Shown here: piece by piece, positions 27,196-32,000 of the stretch
Layout: every line of letters begins with the position of its first letter
How positions within the stretch are numbered: the stretch's first letter is position 1
Assembly (NCBI GenBank): GCA_942493095.1
Contig: OW818675.1
Coordinates: 540,001-572,000 of the forward strand
From: Candidatus Electronema halotolerans
Lineage (GTDB): Bacteria; Desulfobacterota; Desulfobulbia; Desulfobulbales; Desulfobulbaceae
Direction: 5' to 3'
Length of the DNA stretch: 32,000 bases
Made by a program: the position numbers and the translations under genes
The notes under the pieces: model-generated
The model's database searches: none
What the model saw: the letters and a program-made list of their open reading frames with translations, nothing else
Told to the model about the DNA's origin: nothing

Positions 27196-28320
27196 GTGCC
27201 TGACAACGACGCACGACAATATTTCACCTTTGCTGAACCGCCGGACCTGATGCCGGTTGAGTGCGGCGCAGGGCTGGGGCCGATCACCTTGGCCTATGAG
27301 ACTTGGGGCGAGCTGAATCCGCAGAAGGACAATGCCATCCTGATTTTGCACGCCTTTTCCGGTGATGCACACGTGGCCAGTCATGACAGCGCGAAAAGCC
27401 GGGCCAAGGAGCCGGGCTGGTGGGATTTCATGGTCGGGCCGGGCAAGGGCATTGACACCCGCAAATATTTTGTTTTATGCAGCAACGTGATTGGCGGCTG
27501 TATGGGCAGCACTGGCCCCTCCTCGCACTGTCCGCAGTCCGGGCGGCCTTACGGCATGGACTTCCCAGTGGTGACGATCAAAGACATGGTGCGGGCGCAG
27601 AAGGTTTTGCTTGACCATCTCGGCATCAGCCGAGTGCTGGCTGTGGTCGGCGGTTCAATGGGCGGCATGCAGGCTTTGCAGTGGTGCGCGGATTACCCGG
27701 ACAGCGTGGCCTCGGCAGTGCTTTTAGCCACCACGGCCCGCCACTCGGCCTTGGCCATCGCCTTTAATGAGATCGCCCGCCGGGCCATCATGACTGATCC
27801 CAAATGGCAGCGTGGCAGCTATTATGGCAGCGAAGGCCCGGAGCTGGGCTTGGCTGTGGCCCGAATGATCGGCCATGTCACCTATCTTTCCGACGAGGCC
27901 ATGCACCGCAAGTTTGGCCGCCGCCTCCAGAACCGCTGTGATCTTTCCTTTGATTTTGACATCAACTTTGAGGTGGAAAGCTATCTGCACCACCAAGGGG
28001 AGAAATTTGTCCGCCGCTTTGATGCCAATTCCCTGCTCTACATCACCAAGGCGGCAGATTACTTTGACTTTACAACCGCTGACAGCGAGACCTTGACCCG
28101 CATGGCCGAGGCAGGCATCCGCTTTCTCGTCACGTCCTTTTCCTCAGACTGGCTCTATCCCACCTATCAGTCGCGAGAGCTGGTCCGCCTGCTGAAAAAG
28201 AACCGCATTGACGTGAGTTTCTGCGAGATTCGAGGCGACAGCGGCCATGACGGCTTTCTCCTGCCCAGCGAGCGGCTGACCAATCTGATTGCGGGTTTTC
28301 TCAAACGGGGGCAGGCATGA
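27196..28320 (+). CDS. metX: Homoserine O-acetyltransferase
   Basis: 'GPITLAYETWGELN', 'NAILILHAFSGDAHVA', 'SNVIGGCMGSTGPSS', 'VVGGSMGGMQALQW', 'SSDWLYPTYQSRELV', 'GHDGFLL'. GTG start. Confidence 0.96.
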   Translation: MPDNDARQYFTFAEPPDLMPVECGAGLGPITLAYETWGELNPQKDNAILILHAFSGDAHVASHDSAKSRAKEPGWWDFMVGPGKGIDTRKYFVLCSNVIGGCMGSTGPSSHCPQSGRPYGMDFPVVTIKDMVRAQKVLLDHLGISRVLAVVGGSMGGMQALQWCADYPDSVASAVLLATTARHSALAIAFNEIARRAIMTDPKWQRGSYYGSEGPELGLAVARMIGHVTYLSDEAMHRKFGRRLQNRCDLSFDFDINFEVESYLHHQGEKFVRRFDANSLLYITKAADYFDFTTADSETLTRMAEAGIRFLVTSFSSDWLYPTYQSRELVRLLKKNRIDVSFCEIRGDSGHDGFLLPSERLTNLIAGFLKRGQA

Positions 28321-28991
28321 TCGAAAGCGCGGGCATGCGGTTTGACCTCCAGATTATTTCCTCATGGATCAGTCCGGGCTGCCGGGTTCTGGACTTGGGC
28401 TGCGGCAGAGGCGATCTGCTCTTTTATTTGCAGCATCAAAAAAACGTGCGCGGCGTGGGCATTGAGCAGGACGAGGATAAGGCCGCCTTCTGCATCAGCC
28501 GGGGCCTGTCAGTGCTGCACGGTGACTTTATTGAAGAAGTTTCTGATTACCCAGAGAACCACTTTGACTGCATTGTCCTCAGCCAGACCTTGCAGCAGGT
28601 CTATGCCCCGGACAAGCTCCTGCCCATGCTGATGGCCGTGGGCAGCCGGGTGATTGTCAGCTTTCCCAACTTCAGCCACTGGAAGGTCAGACTTCAGCTT
28701 TTTTTGAGCGGGGCGGCCCCGCGCAACGAGCAGTTTCCCTACGAGTGGCACAACACCCCGAACATCCGCATCATCACTCTCAAGGACTTCCGCATCTTCA
28801 TGCACAAGATCGACGGCATCATTCTCAAGCAGGCCGCGATCAGCAGTGACTGCCATGAAACACAGGGCAGGATTGTCCGCAGATTCCAGAACTGGCGCGG
28901 CAGCTACGGCATTTTCATGATTTCCGACAGCCGCAAGTCGGCCATGTTCAGTTCTGAGTTTTCAAACGCGCAGGGCGTTGTCTTGGGGTGA
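28317..28991 (+). CDS. metW: Methionine biosynthesis protein MetW (methyltransferase-like)
   Basis: 'MRFDLQIISSWISPGCRVLDLGCGRGDLLFYL', 'FDCIVLSQTLQQVYAPDKLL', 'VSFPNFSHWKVRLQLFLSG'. ATGA overlap with metX. Confidence 0.95.
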   Translation: MIESAGMRFDLQIISSWISPGCRVLDLGCGRGDLLFYLQHQKNVRGVGIEQDEDKAAFCISRGLSVLHGDFIEEVSDYPENHFDCIVLSQTLQQVYAPDKLLPMLMAVGSRVIVSFPNFSHWKVRLQLFLSGAAPRNEQFPYEWHNTPNIRIITLKDFRIFMHKIDGIILKQAAISSDCHETQGRIVRRFQNWRGSYGIFMISDSRKSAMFSSEFSNAQGVVLG

Positions 28992-29023
28992 TGAATTTCA
29001 TGAACTTTCTGCCGCCCATCGTA

Positions 29024-29046
29024 GGGACAGACCCCGTGTCTGTCCC
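29024..29046. repeat. Perfect 9-bp inverted repeat GGGACAGAC-CCCGT-GTCTGTCCC
   Basis: Read directly in the metW to pntAA intergenic region. Preceded by GTA and followed by GTGCAACGCACC. Confidence 0.85.
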
Positions 29047-29158
29047 GTGCAACGCACCAAAATGACGGGAAACACCGGGAGAGAGCCGGATGACAGAGCA
29101 TTTTATCTTGCAACAGCCATAGTTGCCCGAAAAATTTTACCCCAAGGAGGAGTTGTTT

Positions 29159-30295
29159 ATGAAAATTGCGGTCATGAAGGAAACATATCCCGAAGAACGG
29201 CGGGTGCCCATGATTCCAGCGACGGCGGAGAAGTTGGTCAAGCTGGGCGCGGAATTGGTGGTTGAGTCCGGTCTCGGCCTGAGCTGCCGCTTTGCCGATG
29301 CGGACTACGAAAAAGTTGGAGCAGCGGTCAGCAGCTCACGCCGCGACATGCTTCAGTCTGCTGACCTTGTTCTCCGCCTGCGTAAGCCGTCAGTGGAGGA
29401 AGTCGAGCTGATGAAAAAAGGCTGCATTCATGTCAGCTACCTTGATCCTTTTCATGAGGCCGAGCTGGTCGAGCTGCTCCGCCGGGAAAACATCTCAGCC
29501 GTCAGCTTGGAGATGATCCCGCGCACCACTTTGGCCCAGAAAATGGACGTGCTCTCCTCGCAGGCCAATATTGCCGGGTATGCGACAGTGATCCTTGCTG
29601 CCGAGCATCTCGACAAAATCTTCCCCATGATGACCACGCCCGCAGGCACGATCAAACCTTCCAGAGTTTTTGTCATCGGCGTGGGTGTGGCAGGCTTGCA
29701 GGCCATTGCCACGGCCAAGCGGCTCGGCGCAATGGTCGAAGCCTTTGACACCCGGCCTGTGGTGGAGGAGCAGGTCAAGTCGCTGGGCGCCAAGTTCGTC
29801 AAGATTGATCTTGGCGAGACCGGCCAGACCAAGGACGGCTATGCCAGGGCACTGACCCCGGAGCAGCTGGCCCTGCAAAAGGAGGGCATGGCCAAAGCCT
29901 GCGCCAAAGCGGACGTGGTCATCACCACGGCCCAGCTTTTTGGCCGACCTGCGCCGCGCATCATTGACAGCAAGATGCTGGCTGGAATGCGGCCTGGCTC
30001 AGTGGTGATAGACATGGCTGTGGAAACAGGCGGCAACGTCGAAGGCTCGGAAGTGGATAAAATCACCGAGATCAACGGGGTGCGGGTGCTCGGCTTCGGC
30101 TGTCTGCCGGGCCGCTTCGCTGAGACGGCCAGTCAGATGTACTCTGCTAATATTGGCAGCTTTGTCGAGCACTTCTGGGACAAGGAGCAGAAAACGTTCC
30201 ATCTCAACCGCAACGACGAGATCATGCAAGGCGCGCTGATCACCCATGAGGGCGAGATTGTCAGCGAAATGTACAAAAGCATCATCAACAAGTGA
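29159..30295 (+). CDS. pntAA: NAD(P) transhydrogenase subunit alpha part 1
   Basis: 'MKIAVMKETYPEERRVPMIPATAEKLVKLGAELVVESG', 'VFVIGVGVAGLQAIATAKRLGAMVEAFDTRP', 'GSVVIDMAVETGGNVEGS'. AAGGAGG upstream of 29159. Confidence 0.94.
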   Translation: MKIAVMKETYPEERRVPMIPATAEKLVKLGAELVVESGLGLSCRFADADYEKVGAAVSSSRRDMLQSADLVLRLRKPSVEEVELMKKGCIHVSYLDPFHEAELVELLRRENISAVSLEMIPRTTLAQKMDVLSSQANIAGYATVILAAEHLDKIFPMMTTPAGTIKPSRVFVIGVGVAGLQAIATAKRLGAMVEAFDTRPVVEEQVKSLGAKFVKIDLGETGQTKDGYARALTPEQLALQKEGMAKACAKADVVITTAQLFGRPAPRIIDSKMLAGMRPGSVVIDMAVETGGNVEGSEVDKITEINGVRVLGFGCLPGRFAETASQMYSANIGSFVEHFWDKEQKTFHLNRNDEIMQGALITHEGEIVSEMYKSIINK

Positions 30296-30303
30296 GGCAG
30301 GCA

Positions 30304-30606
30304 ATGGAAGCGGTCTATTTGAGCTTTATTTTTATTCTGGCGATTTTTCTCGGTTTTGAGCTGATTTCCAAGGTGCCTTCCACCTTGCACACGCCGCTGA
30401 TGTCCGGCTCAAACGCCATTTCCGGCATCACCCTGATCGGGGCCATGGCTGCGCTCCAGACTGATATCAACTGGCTCTCGGCCCTGCTCGGCACCGTGGC
30501 CGTGGCCTTGGCTGCGATCAACGTTGCAGGCGGCTATCTGGTCACAGACCGGATGCTGGAGATGTTCAAGAAAAAGGAGAAAAACTCTGAGGGAGGCGGC
30601 AAGTGA
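30304..30606 (+). CDS. pntAB: NAD(P) transhydrogenase subunit alpha part 2
   Basis: 100 aa. 'FLGFELISKVPSTLHTPLMSGSNAISGITLIGAM' and 'INVAGGYLVTDRMLEMFKKK'. Confidence 0.94.
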   Translation: MEAVYLSFIFILAIFLGFELISKVPSTLHTPLMSGSNAISGITLIGAMAALQTDINWLSALLGTVAVALAAINVAGGYLVTDRMLEMFKKKEKNSEGGGK

Positions 30607-31979
30607 ATCTGTTCATCAACTTCAGTTACATCATTGCGGCAATTCTGTTCATTTTCGGCCTGAAAATGCTCGGCTCGCCCGCCACAGCCCGGCGCGGCAA
30701 TCAAATTTCCGCCTTGGGCATGCTGCTGGCGATTGTCGTCACCCTGATGAATTCCGGGCTGGATTACAAGTGGATCATCCTCGGCATCCTGATCGGCAGC
30801 GCGATTGGCGTGTATGCGGCAGTCAAGGTGGAGATGACCGCCATGCCGGAGATGGTGGCTCTGTTCAACGGCTTTGGCGGCCTTGCCAGTCTGCTGCTGG
30901 CATGGGCTGAGTATAATCAGGAGCCAGACATGCGGCTCTTTATCGCCATAGTCACCTTCCTTTCCGCCCTGATCGGCGGCGTGACCTTCAGCGGCTCCAT
31001 GGTGGCCTTTGGCAAGCTCTCCGGCAAGATCACCCAGAAGGCAGTGGTCTTCACTGGCCAGCACATTGTCAACGGAGCCATCCTTGCCGCCGTCCTGCTT
31101 GCCGCCGCCGTGTTCTGTACTGATCCCGGCTCAGGTCTTGGCTATGCCCTCTTCATCATCATCATCTTAATCTCTCTCGGCTTTGGCATCACCTCCACCA
31201 TTCCCATTGGCGGCGCAGACATGCCGGTGGTGATTTCGCTGCTCAACAGCTATTCCGGGCTGGCCGCCTGCGCTGCTGGTTTTGTCATCTCCAACAAGCT
31301 GCTGATCGTGGCAGGCGCATTGGTCGGGGCTTCCGGCATCATCCTGACCAACATCATGTGCAAGGCCATGAACCGCTCCTTGGCCAATGTCCTCTTTTCC
31401 GGCTTTGGCAGCACCATTGCCAAAAGCGGCGGCCACAGCGCGCAGGGTGAAGTCCGGCCCGCTTCGGCAGAGGATGTCTATTATATTCTGGAGGCGGCAG
31501 ACTCGGTGGTCTTTGTCCCTGGCTATGGTCTGGCTGTGGCGCAGGCCCAGCATGTGGTCCGCGAGCTGGGAGAGCTACTGGAGAAGAACGACACTGAAGT
31601 CAGCTACGCCATTCACCCGGTGGCAGGCCGGATGCCTGGTCACATGAATGTGCTGCTCGCTGAGGCCAATGTGCCTTATGATCAGCTTGTGGAAATGGAT
31701 GACATCAACCCGCGCATGGACAGTGTTGATGTCTGTGTGGTGATCGGCGCGAACGACGTGGTCAACCCGGCAGCCCTGAACGACAAGTCCAGTCCGATCT
31801 ATGGCATGCCGATCATTGAAACCCACCGGGCGCGGACGGTCATTGTCCTCAAACGCTCGATGAACCCCGGTTTTGCCGGCATTGAGAACGCTCTCTTTTT
31901 TGGCAGCAACACCCGCATGTATTTCGGCGATGCTAAAGAGTCGATTCAGGCTTTGCTGGCTCAGTTCAAGAGCAACTGA
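30603..31979 (+). CDS. pntB: NAD(P) transhydrogenase subunit beta
   Basis: 458 aa. 'AYAVKVEMTAMPEMVALFNGFGGLAS'-type region; 'GYGLAVAQAQHVVRELGELL', 'HPVAGRMPGHMNVLLAEANVPYD', 'VVIGANDVVNPAA', 'VIVLKRSMNPGFAGIENALFF'. GTGA overlap with pntAB. Confidence 0.96.
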   Translation: MNLFINFSYIIAAILFIFGLKMLGSPATARRGNQISALGMLLAIVVTLMNSGLDYKWIILGILIGSAIGVYAAVKVEMTAMPEMVALFNGFGGLASLLLAWAEYNQEPDMRLFIAIVTFLSALIGGVTFSGSMVAFGKLSGKITQKAVVFTGQHIVNGAILAAVLLAAAVFCTDPGSGLGYALFIIIILISLGFGITSTIPIGGADMPVVISLLNSYSGLAACAAGFVISNKLLIVAGALVGASGIILTNIMCKAMNRSLANVLFSGFGSTIAKSGGHSAQGEVRPASAEDVYYILEAADSVVFVPGYGLAVAQAQHVVRELGELLEKNDTEVSYAIHPVAGRMPGHMNVLLAEANVPYDQLVEMDDINPRMDSVDVCVVIGANDVVNPAALNDKSSPIYGMPIIETHRARTVIVLKRSMNPGFAGIENALFFGSNTRMYFGDAKESIQALLAQFKSN

Positions 31980-32000
31980 CTGACAGCGGCAGGGAGCGGA

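Noticed and set aside
1-32000. CRISPR arrays, tRNA/rRNA genes, transposases, phage or anti-phage defence genes
   Set aside because: No regularly spaced direct repeats, RNA gene signatures or relevant protein motifs were seen in the sequence or the six-frame ORFs.

Overview
This 32 kb window looks like an ordinary chromosomal stretch from a Desulfobulbales-like/deltaproteobacterial genome (taxonomic placement is inference from gene content only). It is almost fully coding. Identifiable content: DUF805 protein; cobT-cobS; a bacteriohemerythrin; a large PAS-rich hybrid histidine kinase coupled to a mobB-like gene; an iron-containing alcohol dehydrogenase; a four-gene signalling cluster (hybrid kinase, zinc-ribbon/REC/PAS protein, REC-PATAN protein, REC-PAS-PAS-GGDEF protein); fmt-larC-pgpA; on the minus strand a KAS III/OleA-like thiolase and a fused dual-ATPase ABC protein; an M50 site-2 protease; polA followed by an uncharacterised propeller-like protein; a small minus-strand membrane protein; metX-metW; and pntAA-pntAB-pntB. 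I found no CRISPR array, tRNA, rRNA, transposase or phage gene. I see no clear evidence for a wholly new system. The points most worth a second look are the signalling cluster and its middle protein, which seems to have a degenerate DHp domain with Glu in place of the phosphoacceptor His; the non-canonical ABC signature (LNMGA) in the second half of the ABC protein; the polA motif-A variant DYSQIDLR; the structured leader with an intrinsic terminator upstream of cobT; the propeller-like ORF behind polA; and several strong intergenic hairpins.
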